DNA from: Candidatus Magasanikiibacteriota bacterium
GTDB taxonomy: Bacteria > Patescibacteriota > Patescibacteriia > Magasanikbacterales > GWA2-37-8
Assembly: GCA_041666745.1 (NCBI GenBank)
Contig: JBAYGI010000001.1
Span: forward strand, 155,095-219,094
DNA: 64,000 bases
Direction of reading: 5' to 3'
Part shown: positions 16,285 to 24,995 of the stretch, one piece after another
Layout: every line of letters starts with the position of its first letter
Numbering within the stretch: position 1 is the stretch's first letter
The notes under the pieces: generated by a model
Told to the model about the DNA's origin: nothing
What the model saw: the letters and a program-made list of their open reading frames with translations, nothing else
Databases searched by the model: none
Translations under genes and position numbers: made by a program

Positions 16285-16694
16285 AATTTATACAAATTAT
16301 TGTTGTAGGTAGGTTCACTGTCATTCCGAGCGAAGCCGAGGAATCCCTTAACACCATTCACTGCTCAAATCTTTCCAAGTTGGATTTATTGTTTTTATTA
16401 AATACTCTTTTTTCTCTCTGCGCCATTTTTTAAGTTGTGTTTCTCTTTCAATCGCATTATTTATATCATTATAATGTTCGTAGTAAATTAATTTATGACA
16501 AGAATATTTTTTTGTAAAGCCATCAATTAATTTTTGTTTATGTTCGGACAGTCGTCTTTCTAAATTGTTGGTCACTCCTATATATAAAGTTCCGCTGTCG
16601 CTGCTTAGGATGTATATATAGTAGTTGTGTTTTTTCATATTTTAAGGGATTCCTCGGCTTCGCTCGGAATGACACTTAATTTATACAAATTATA
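16285..16694. mobile_element. GIY-YIG gene cassette bounded by 29-30-bp inverted repeats and 16-bp direct repeats
   Basis: Direct repeats AATTTATACAAATTAT at 16285-16300 and 16679-16694. IR-L CTGTCATTCCGAGCGAAGCCGAGGAATCCC at 16318-16347. IR-R, its reverse complement, at 16646-16674. Confidence 0.55.
16348..16638 (-). CDS. GIY-YIG nuclease family protein (small, YhbQ-like)
   Basis: YIYILSSDSGTLYIGVTNNLERRLSEH is the GIY-YIG motif. 96 aa. Confidence 0.7.
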   Translation of the reverse strand: MKKHNYYIYILSSDSGTLYIGVTNNLERRLSEHKQKLIDGFTKKYSCHKLIYYEHYNDINNAIERETQLKKWRREKKEYLIKTINPTWKDLSSEWC

Positions 16695-16724
16695 CGAAGC
16701 GTTTCACTGTTTGAAAAATCATAC

Positions 16725-18086
16725 CTACAACATGTTTTCTATGATACCCCTAAAACTATGACTACCCATAAAAACAATCGCATCACCAGTTTTGGAATTT
16801 GTGTTTAAATAATTTATCAATTCCTCGTCATTTTCAAAATATTTTACATCGCCATGGGTTTTGGAAATAACTTTGGACAGTTCTTCACCTTCAACACATC
16901 CGGCGGTTTTGACTTTGGTCAGGCGGGGGATGATCACCTCGGTAGCATCGACGAATTGGTTGTCATAATCCGGCAGTGATTCTTTTTGGCGGTTGCCGGT
17001 GTTTGGTTCGAAAACGGCGATTATTTTTCCGGTATAAATATTTTTTAAAGTAGATAACACGGATTTGGCTTTGGTGGGTGAATGGGCAATATCGTCATAC
17101 ACATCAGCGCCGGCGATAGTGTGTCCGCGTTTTTCCAGTCGGCGTTTGATGCCGTCGAATTTGGCAATCGCGTCGATAATCTTTTTTGGTTCAATGCCGA
17201 TTTCTTTGGCCATCACAAACGCGCCACAGATATTTTCGGCCATGTAGTCGCCAAGCATAGGGGATTGAATATCAAAAATCTCGCCAATATTTTCAACTGT
17301 AAAATTCAATCCGTCTTTATTTTGAAAAACATCTCCGTAAATATATTGACTGTTACTTTTTCCATAAGTTACGACCGGAGTTCTGGCTTTGGTAATAATA
17401 TTTTTTATGTTGGTGTTGTCTGTACAGGCGACGATCAATCCGTCGTGTGGAATGATAGCTACCAATTTTTCAAAAGCCTCTAAATATAAAAGTTCGGTAG
17501 GATAAACATCTGCGTGATCCCATTTGATACCGGTGAGTAGTAGGTGAGTAGGTTTGTAGGAGAAAAATTTCGCGCGGATATCATCGCGACTGGTTTTGTA
17601 TTCATCACCTTCGATAACACTCCAATTTCCGCCCAAATCATCGGCGCTCAACTCTAGGCTGTTGGCCAAGCCACCAAACATATAAGCGGGATCAAGACCG
17701 GCGGATTTCAAAATCCAAGCGAGTAGGGCAGAGGTGGTAGTTTTGCCATAGGTACCGGCACAGACAATCGAATTTTCTTTGATTAAATTTTGCGCGATTA
17801 ATTCCGGATAAGAAACATGAGGAATATTGTTTTCCAAAACATATTTTAATTCCGGGTTTTCACTGCCGGCGACATTGCCGACGACCACCAAATTGGGCGT
17901 ATTCATTTTTTCGACGTGCCAACCCGGATAGTAGGCAATATTGTGTTTGGTCAAATGTGTGGAAATCGGCGGATAAAAACCCACATCACTGCCGGTAACT
18001 TCCCAACCCTTTTTTTGCCACAAAATCGCCAAGGCACTCATCCCAACTCCGCAGATTCCGATAAAATGGATATGCTTTTTATCCAT
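16725..18086 (-). CDS. murC: UDP-N-acetylmuramate--L-alanine ligase
   Basis: N-terminal HFIGICGVGMSALA and the Mur ligase GxxGKT-like region AGTYGKTTTSA. Confidence 0.8.
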   Translation of the reverse strand: MDKKHIHFIGICGVGMSALAILWQKKGWEVTGSDVGFYPPISTHLTKHNIAYYPGWHVEKMNTPNLVVVGNVAGSENPELKYVLENNIPHVSYPELIAQNLIKENSIVCAGTYGKTTTSALLAWILKSAGLDPAYMFGGLANSLELSADDLGGNWSVIEGDEYKTSRDDIRAKFFSYKPTHLLLTGIKWDHADVYPTELLYLEAFEKLVAIIPHDGLIVACTDNTNIKNIITKARTPVVTYGKSNSQYIYGDVFQNKDGLNFTVENIGEIFDIQSPMLGDYMAENICGAFVMAKEIGIEPKKIIDAIAKFDGIKRRLEKRGHTIAGADVYDDIAHSPTKAKSVLSTLKNIYTGKIIAVFEPNTGNRQKESLPDYDNQFVDATEVIIPRLTKVKTAGCVEGEELSKVISKTHGDVKYFENDEELINYLNTNSKTGDAIVFMGSHSFRGIIENML

Positions 18087-18087
18087 A

Positions 18088-18741
18088 TTATTTTATTTCT
18101 TTTTTTAGTTTATTCAAATCAGTCTGCCATTTTTTACTATCAAACCATTCCAACCCCTCAAATTGCAATTTGTAGGTGTCAGTTTTGCGAGTAGCTGAAC
18201 CTAAATAAATATATTTTTTATTATTTTCTTTCGCCCACACAATCGCTTTGGTCATCATACCCAGTCCGAGATTTTTGATTTTGGAATTCAGGTCGTAAAA
18301 TGGATAGCAGTAGTGTAGTAGTTCGTTTGTTTCCAAACTTATCACATATCCCAGCGCTGTGTTGTCTTCTTGTTGTCGGTAAATAAATAGTTTGTTGAAA
18401 TTACTTTCATCGGGTTCGGTGATCAAAGTTTTTATTTTTTGCGCGGAAAAAGTTTTTTCACCAAATTTGGTGGCATAAAAATCTTTGCCGAGTTTGTGTA
18501 TGCCCCAATGATAGTTTTCGTAGGAAATATTCGCCACTTCCAAAGTGATGTTTTCGGTGTGTTTTAATATTCGGCGATTTTCACTGTTGAGATTAAATTT
18601 GGACAAATCGATGCGCAAACTTCTGGTTTGGTAAAGGTCACCCTTGCCGGTGCGGGTAAACAAAAAACCATTCTCATAGAGAGAATTGATATTGTTGTCA
18701 GAAAAATCTGTAGTTTTTTTTGTGTTCCAGCTTAAATACAT
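18088..18741 (-). CDS. Aminoacyl-tRNA--protein transferase family protein (ATE/Bpt-like). A Fem-like role in peptidoglycan is possible.
   Basis: YQTRSLRIDLSKF matches the QxRSxR motif and ...KYIYLGSATRKTDTYKLQF matches the YLGY-like motif. It sits between murC and mraY. Confidence 0.45.
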   Translation of the reverse strand: MYLSWNTKKTTDFSDNNINSLYENGFLFTRTGKGDLYQTRSLRIDLSKFNLNSENRRILKHTENITLEVANISYENYHWGIHKLGKDFYATKFGEKTFSAQKIKTLITEPDESNFNKLFIYRQQEDNTALGYVISLETNELLHYCYPFYDLNSKIKNLGLGMMTKAIVWAKENNKKYIYLGSATRKTDTYKLQFEGLEWFDSKKWQTDLNKLKKEIK

Positions 18742-18746
18742 GTTGT

Positions 18747-19862
18747 TTATTTATATATCGTCATTAAAATACCTACAACTACCACGAGGGCGTGAATAAT
18801 CCAAAATCGCATTACAATCTTTTCTTCCCCCCATCCATTGAATTCCAAATGATGGTGCAGTGGCGCCATTTTGAATAGACGACGACCAAATAATCTGCGG
18901 GAAAATACTTGCAATATCACCACAATAGTTTCCAGATAAAAAATAAATCCAAAAATTGGAATATATAATGTTTTGTCTATGGAGATCATATTGATCGCCA
19001 ACAATGCTCCCAATCCCAATGATCCCACATCTCCCATTTGAAAACGTGCTGGCTTGATATTGAAATAAGTATAAGCCAACAGACAACCGGCGACAGTGGC
19101 GTTGAGTGGGGCAAAGGCGGTGCGTCCTTCAATCCAACTAATAACAGTTAACCCAACAAATGTAATAAGCAAAGATCCGCCCGCTAAACCATCCAGTCCG
19201 TCCGCGATATTCACCGCGTTGGCGGTAAACATTACAAAGAAAATAATAATCGGCACAATCCAGATGCCAGCCAAAATACGACCATCGAACGGAACCGCTA
19301 GAGAGTGCCAACTGGGATCAAGTTTGGTATAGACCCACCAAGCGGCGACTGCGCCGGCTAAAAATTGAAATAATAATTTTTCGTGAACTTGGATGCCACG
19401 CCCCGGGTGTGAGCCGAGCATACTGGCGAGGTGTTTGAAAAATTCCCATGGCATAATCAATACATACCAGACACGCATATACCAATGGTGATGGATTTTT
19501 ATCAAAGTGATGGTTTGTTTGAGGGTGCGTAAACGGCGTTTTTCCCCGAAAATATTGAGCAGATCGTCCGCGGCTCCAAGTAAGGCAGCGATGCCCATTA
19601 CACCCATTGGCACATAAGTATATTTACGATTCCAGTTGAAAATTAAGGTGATTGCGGTTGTGATTAAAATCACCAAAAGGCCACCCATAATCGGCGTACC
19701 GACTTTGATTTGGCGGTCACCATATAGCGTAAAATCATAATCAGAGCGACGGGTGATGTTGAATTTGTAGAGTATTTTGGTCAAAATCGGCGCAAACAAA
19801 AAAGACGACAAACAAGCGCCGATGAAAAATAATAATGAAGTTTGTAGCAAAGAAATTTCCAT
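18747..19862 (-). CDS. mraY: Phospho-N-acetylmuramoyl-pentapeptide transferase
   Basis: NAVNIADGLDGLAGG motif and 10 TM helices. Confidence 0.85.
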   Translation of the reverse strand: MEISLLQTSLLFFIGACLSSFLFAPILTKILYKFNITRRSDYDFTLYGDRQIKVGTPIMGGLLVILITTAITLIFNWNRKYTYVPMGVMGIAALLGAADDLLNIFGEKRRLRTLKQTITLIKIHHHWYMRVWYVLIMPWEFFKHLASMLGSHPGRGIQVHEKLLFQFLAGAVAAWWVYTKLDPSWHSLAVPFDGRILAGIWIVPIIIFFVMFTANAVNIADGLDGLAGGSLLITFVGLTVISWIEGRTAFAPLNATVAGCLLAYTYFNIKPARFQMGDVGSLGLGALLAINMISIDKTLYIPIFGFIFYLETIVVILQVFSRRLFGRRLFKMAPLHHHLEFNGWGEEKIVMRFWIIHALVVVVGILMTIYK

Positions 19863-19907
19863 GGGTAAATTTTACTCTAAAACAGCCAAAAAATCAAGCC
19901 GATTCGT

Positions 19908-21200
19908 TTATTCAAGCCATTCTTTGGTTTGGCGAACCAAAAGTTTTGGAGCATCCAAAGGTTCGGCCATAACTTCTTTGACGATTTTTTCCATTCGTAA
20001 TCCTTGGGAACCTTTGATGAGTACCACATCTCCTCGGCGTAATTTTTCTTGTAAAAATTTCCCAGCACTAACACTTTCGGCAAAAGAGGCGATTTGGTCA
20101 TCATTTAGTCCGGCTTCGCGAGCGGCGCTGGCGGTATGTTTGCTGGCCTCTCCAACTGTGATGAGAAAATCTATTCCCAGTTCAGCTACTTTGAAACCAA
20201 TTTCGCGATGGGTGTTTTCGGTTTCCGGACCGAGCTCGAGCATGTCGGCCAAAACTGCGATACGTTTGGATCCATCGGCGATATTTATTTTGGACAAAGT
20301 TAACAATGCCGACTTGACCGGTTCGGGACTGGAATTGTAAGTATCGTCAATCAATAAAGTATTTTTTATTCCTTCAATAATACGCATGTGTCCGGCAATA
20401 GGCTGTAGGTCGCGCAACGAACGAATCGAGTCGATCAAATTTACTCCCAAAATATGTCCGACGGCAATCGCGGCCAAAGTTGAGGGGATGGTATGTTCAG
20501 CAATTGTTCCCATCAAAAATACCGGTACGCTATTTCCTTTAAAATTTAATTTAAAATTTAAACCGATCGGCCAGTTGGTTTTTTCATCGGTGATAATATT
20601 GATATCGGTAGCTTGAAAATCGGCGCCGTCTTTGAAACCGTAAGTGAAAATTTCGGCTTTGGTGGTGTTGGCGCTTTGTATTACCAATTCATTGTCGAAA
20701 TTTAATACCGCAAAACCGTCGCGTTGCAAATGAGAAATAATCACCCGCTTTTCTTGAGCGATTTTTTTGATAGTTTTGAAAGCCTCGGTGTGAGCGTGGG
20801 AAATAAAAGTCAGCACGCCGATTTTGCATGGCGCGATATCTACCAAATAGGGGATGTCGCCGGGTTTGTCCGCGCCCATTTCCAAAATTAAAATTTCCGG
20901 ATAATTTTTGTTTTTTATAAAAAGTAAATTTTTGGCTTTTAAAAATACCTTGAGCCAACCAAAAATCGAACTCCCCGGAGTTTTTTCGATGCCGATAATA
21001 GTCAAAGGCAAACCAATTTCATTGTTATAATTTTTTTGACTTTTGCGAATATTGAATTTATTTTCCAACACCGCCGCGACTGCCTCCTTGGTCGAGCTCT
21101 TGCCAATCGATCCGGTAATCCCAATCACATCCGGATGATATTTACGAATTATTTTTTTTGAGAAATATTTTAATAGTGAATGTAGTATTGTTTTTAGCAT
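19908..21200 (-). CDS. murF: UDP-N-acetylmuramoyl-tripeptide--D-alanyl-D-alanine ligase
   Basis: VIGITGSIGKSSTKE and LIDDTYNSSPEPVKSAL. Confidence 0.75.
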   Translation of the reverse strand: MLKTILHSLLKYFSKKIIRKYHPDVIGITGSIGKSSTKEAVAAVLENKFNIRKSQKNYNNEIGLPLTIIGIEKTPGSSIFGWLKVFLKAKNLLFIKNKNYPEILILEMGADKPGDIPYLVDIAPCKIGVLTFISHAHTEAFKTIKKIAQEKRVIISHLQRDGFAVLNFDNELVIQSANTTKAEIFTYGFKDGADFQATDINIITDEKTNWPIGLNFKLNFKGNSVPVFLMGTIAEHTIPSTLAAIAVGHILGVNLIDSIRSLRDLQPIAGHMRIIEGIKNTLLIDDTYNSSPEPVKSALLTLSKINIADGSKRIAVLADMLELGPETENTHREIGFKVAELGIDFLITVGEASKHTASAAREAGLNDDQIASFAESVSAGKFLQEKLRRGDVVLIKGSQGLRMEKIVKEVMAEPLDAPKLLVRQTKEWLE

Positions 21201-21203
21201 ATT

Positions 21204-22931
21204 TTATTTATCATTAGGCACCGCGTAATACTGCAATGCGAATTTCATTAAATCACGAAATACAAACAACGAAGTTTGCTCCGCCCATTTGCGTTGTGGT
21301 TCTTCATATTTTACCACCAAAACAAATTGAGGGTTAGTGGCGGGCGCAAAGCCGGCAAAGGTATGGTTGGTGCGTTCATCACTATATCCGCCGGTTTCGG
21401 CAATTTGAGCGGTGCCGGTTTTGCCAGCTACGTAATAGTTTTTAATTTTTGCAATTTTATAATGATTTTCCACCACAGAAGTTAACATGCCACTAAGCAA
21501 TTTGGCACTGCGTTCTGAAATTACTTGATCAGATTTTTCGATTGAAGTCACTTCTTTTTTTCCATTTGAGTATCTGGTTTCTGCTACGATGTATGGTTTT
21601 GGCAACAAACCTTTGTTGGCGATGGCGCTGTAAGCGGTAGCCAGCTGTAAAGGTGTCACCGTAAGACCCTGTCCAAACGAACCAACCGCACCAAACACCT
21701 CACCTTTTCTATCCAAGGACGAAATATCTCCCTCGGCTTCCGGGCCAATTTCAATGCCGGTTTTTTCTCCAAAACCAAATTTTTTTACATAATTTCCAAA
21801 GCGTTCATGTCCCAATTTTTCTTCTACAAAAATCATACCAGTATTGATAGAATTTTCCAATACCTGAGTCATAGTTTGTGTGCCGTAGGATTTGTTTTGA
21901 GCGTTGTGAATGGAATAGCCGTTGATAACCCGCACACCCGGATCAGCGAAAGTGGTGTTGGGTGAGACCAGCCCCAGATCGACACCAGCGGCCATGGTGA
22001 TCGGTTTAAAAACCGAGCCGGGTTCATAAGGTACAATAATGTTGTTGTTGCTGAACGCTCTCAAATCTTTGACCTCGGAATATTTATTGGGATTGAAATC
22101 CGGTAAACTGCACATGGCTAGAATCGCGCCAGTTTTTGGGTTCATCATTACGAGTGATGCACTTTTGGCCTGATATTCTTCCAAGCCTTTTTGCAACAAT
22201 TCGCAAGCTTTGTATTCCAGTGATCGATCGATCGTCAAAAGTAAATCAGCACCATCTTGCGCGTTCACTTGTGATTGCATAGCCATGGCGATCCAGCTAC
22301 CGAGTGCGCCACGTTCTCCCGAAATAAAACCTTGTCGGCCGGTTAAAATTTTGTTCCAATAACCCTCGATGCCGTAACTGCCAATTTGTTGGGTGCCTTC
22401 ATCGTTGAGTCGGCAAAATCCCAAAATTGGAGCGGCGATATTTTCTTCCGGATAGTAGCGATATTCTTGGGGAGTAAAATAAACACCGGTCAATTTTTCC
22501 GCTTTTAATTTTTCTAAAGTATCGCTGTCGATTTTTTTGGTTACCGGTTCATACAGGTCATTTGGTTTGGAGAGTTTTTTGTTTAACAATTCGCGATCAG
22601 TTTCCGGTAATGATAAGATTTGTATTAATTTTTCAACCGTGCTGGAAACTGTTTCCGGTTTAATTTCTTTGGGCACGGCATAAATTAAAAAATATTGACG
22701 ATTGATGGCGGCCGGAAATTCTTGTTTGGTTCTGGTATCTTGGAAAAAAATCTCACCGCGTTTCGGATGAAGTTGTTTGTAAATTTCATGAGAGGTCAAA
22801 GCAAAAGTGCGATAATATTCCGCCTGCACTACTTGCAACACAAACAATTTGACAATAATTCCAATTGTAACGACAATGAAAAAAATCGCAATAAAACGGA
22901 GACGTTGATTGTTTTTTTCTGGGTGTTGCAT
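21204..22931 (-). CDS. ftsI: Penicillin-binding protein 2/3 transpeptidase (FtsI-like)
   Basis: SVFKP (SxxK), SIN (SxN) and KTGT motifs, with an N-terminal TM anchor. Confidence 0.8.
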   Translation of the reverse strand: MQHPEKNNQRLRFIAIFFIVVTIGIIVKLFVLQVVQAEYYRTFALTSHEIYKQLHPKRGEIFFQDTRTKQEFPAAINRQYFLIYAVPKEIKPETVSSTVEKLIQILSLPETDRELLNKKLSKPNDLYEPVTKKIDSDTLEKLKAEKLTGVYFTPQEYRYYPEENIAAPILGFCRLNDEGTQQIGSYGIEGYWNKILTGRQGFISGERGALGSWIAMAMQSQVNAQDGADLLLTIDRSLEYKACELLQKGLEEYQAKSASLVMMNPKTGAILAMCSLPDFNPNKYSEVKDLRAFSNNNIIVPYEPGSVFKPITMAAGVDLGLVSPNTTFADPGVRVINGYSIHNAQNKSYGTQTMTQVLENSINTGMIFVEEKLGHERFGNYVKKFGFGEKTGIEIGPEAEGDISSLDRKGEVFGAVGSFGQGLTVTPLQLATAYSAIANKGLLPKPYIVAETRYSNGKKEVTSIEKSDQVISERSAKLLSGMLTSVVENHYKIAKIKNYYVAGKTGTAQIAETGGYSDERTNHTFAGFAPATNPQFVLVVKYEEPQRKWAEQTSLFVFRDLMKFALQYYAVPNDK

Positions 22932-22932
22932 T

Positions 22933-23940
22933 TTAAAAAGATTGTTTCAAAAGTTTTTTTAGGGCTTTATCCGGAACGGCATTTTTCCAAACTATTTGGT
23001 ATACAGTTTCAGCTAACGGCATTTTAATTTTAAATTTTTTGGTGAGAGCCAAAACAATTTTGCAGGCATTGACACCCTCTACCACTTGTCCGACTTCTTT
23101 GGCGGCGACTTCTTTGTCAAGGTACTTTGGGAAACATTGTCCAAAGCGACGGTTGCGAGAACTGTCCGACAGAGCTGTGCCTATCAGATCTCCCAGTCCG
23201 GCCAAATCACTGGCAGTTTTTTCTTGCCCGCCCATTTTTTTGATTATGGTCGCCATTTCATGAACGGCCAAAACGATAATCGCGGCTTTGGTATTCATCG
23301 GCCATTCGTAGTGGTCGGCAATTCCGATAGCAATCGCATAAATATTTTTAAATGAGCCGGCTGTTTCTGTACCAATGAAATCCGATATTTCTTTTAATCG
23401 TAAATTGTCATTGCATAATACTTTTTTTACTGATTTTATAGCCTCACTTTTTTTACTGGATATATTCATAGCTGTAAAACCGCCTTGCGCCATATCTTTG
23501 GCAATCGCCGGTCCGGAAATAGTGGTAATAAAAGGTCGCGAATGAGCGGGGATATTTTTTTTGAGTGTGGTGGTGGTGAGACCCAATGTTTTTTCATCCA
23601 GTCCTTTGGAAACATCCACGCAAATAGTTTTTGGCGAGATAAATTTGGACGTGCGTTTTGAGGTGGCGTCCATGACACTGCTAGGTAATACAAAAAAAAT
23701 CATGTTTGTATTGTGTACTGCTGTTTCCAAACTTTTTTCTGCGATGATATTGTGAGATAAATTAATTCCAGCTAAATATTTTTTATTTTCATGGAGATTG
23801 TTTATTTGATCCAATGGTTCGATATCGCCCTCATAATTCCAAATTTTCACTTTGTATCCATTCGATCCAATAACCTGAGCGATAGCGGTGCCCATATTTC
23901 CGGCGCCTAATACAGTGACGGTAATGTTATTTTTTGACAT
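22933..23940 (-). CDS. gpsA: NAD(P)H-dependent glycerol-3-phosphate dehydrogenase
   Basis: VTVLGAGNMGTAIAQVIG Rossmann motif and overall GpsA architecture. Confidence 0.75.
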   Translation of the reverse strand: MSKNNITVTVLGAGNMGTAIAQVIGSNGYKVKIWNYEGDIEPLDQINNLHENKKYLAGINLSHNIIAEKSLETAVHNTNMIFFVLPSSVMDATSKRTSKFISPKTICVDVSKGLDEKTLGLTTTTLKKNIPAHSRPFITTISGPAIAKDMAQGGFTAMNISSKKSEAIKSVKKVLCNDNLRLKEISDFIGTETAGSFKNIYAIAIGIADHYEWPMNTKAAIIVLAVHEMATIIKKMGGQEKTASDLAGLGDLIGTALSDSSRNRRFGQCFPKYLDKEVAAKEVGQVVEGVNACKIVLALTKKFKIKMPLAETVYQIVWKNAVPDKALKKLLKQSF

Positions 23941-23960
23941 ATATTTTATTACAAAAATAC

Positions 23961-24995
23961 TTATTTATATTTATTGGAAAGTTGTCCGCAAGCGGCGGCG
24001 ATATCTTGTCCTTGTGAACGGCGAATAGTACAGACGATACCGCAGTCGTTTAATTTTGTTTGCCACATTTTCATGGTGTCAAATTCGGTGGCGGATAGAC
24101 CGTCGGCGCAGGCGGTATTGTAGGGGATTAAATTTACCCGAACTTTGCCGACATTGCTGGCAATTTTAATAAGTGCTTTGAGATGTTTGGTGTCGTCATT
24201 TATTCCTTTCATCATAGTATATTCCAATCCGATAAAATGTGTTCTGCTCGGGAATGCGATGTGATATTTTTTTGCCCAAACTTTTAGCCAATCAAAAAAG
24301 TCGGGGCGGTGAGAGGGGATAAGTTGTTTTCTGGTTTCTGTTATGGCGCTGTGCAGTGAAAGCGCGAACCGTACCGGTGGAAAATCTTTGTCTTCTACCA
24401 TCTGTTGCATTTTTTCTGGGATACCGACCGATGAGATAGTGATTTTGCGTGGTCCAAGTTTGGCTTGTTTTATTAAAATTTGCAAAGCCAATTTTACATT
24501 GTCATAATTTAACAATGGTTCGCCTTGACCCATCAAAACTAGATTGTCTATTTCACCCTCGCCTTCGGCATGTAAAATATTTTGCCAAAAACGGAATTGA
24601 TCAATAATTTCGCGATAATCCAAATTGCGTTTGAAACCGAGTTTGCCGGTGGCGCAAAATGAGCAGGCCATGGGACAACCCACCTGCGAAGATATACAGA
24701 TAGTATAGCGTAATTTTGCCTCGCCGTCATCTTTTTTGCTCGGACGCAACATCAAAACAGTTTCAATCGTCTGTCCATCATGCAATTCCAAAAGCGCCTT
24801 GCGTGTGCCGTCTACTTTACTAGTTTGAATAATTTTTTCTTTGACCGTAATCCACGGTTCGTTTTTGATTTGCTCACGCAGATTTTTGGATAGGGTAGTG
24901 ATATCCCCGAAACTTTTCAAGCGTGCATCAAACCAAGCGAGATAAATTTGCTCGCGACGGAATTTTGGTTCGGATTTTAAGATTTCTTCAAACAT
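23961..24995 (-). CDS. rlmN: 23S rRNA/tRNA adenine C2-methyltransferase, radical SAM
   Basis: CPMACSFCATG radical SAM cluster and the RlmN-like N-terminal region. Confidence 0.75.
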   Translation of the reverse strand: MFEEILKSEPKFRREQIYLAWFDARLKSFGDITTLSKNLREQIKNEPWITVKEKIIQTSKVDGTRKALLELHDGQTIETVLMLRPSKKDDGEAKLRYTICISSQVGCPMACSFCATGKLGFKRNLDYREIIDQFRFWQNILHAEGEGEIDNLVLMGQGEPLLNYDNVKLALQILIKQAKLGPRKITISSVGIPEKMQQMVEDKDFPPVRFALSLHSAITETRKQLIPSHRPDFFDWLKVWAKKYHIAFPSRTHFIGLEYTMMKGINDDTKHLKALIKIASNVGKVRVNLIPYNTACADGLSATEFDTMKMWQTKLNDCGIVCTIRRSQGQDIAAACGQLSNKYK

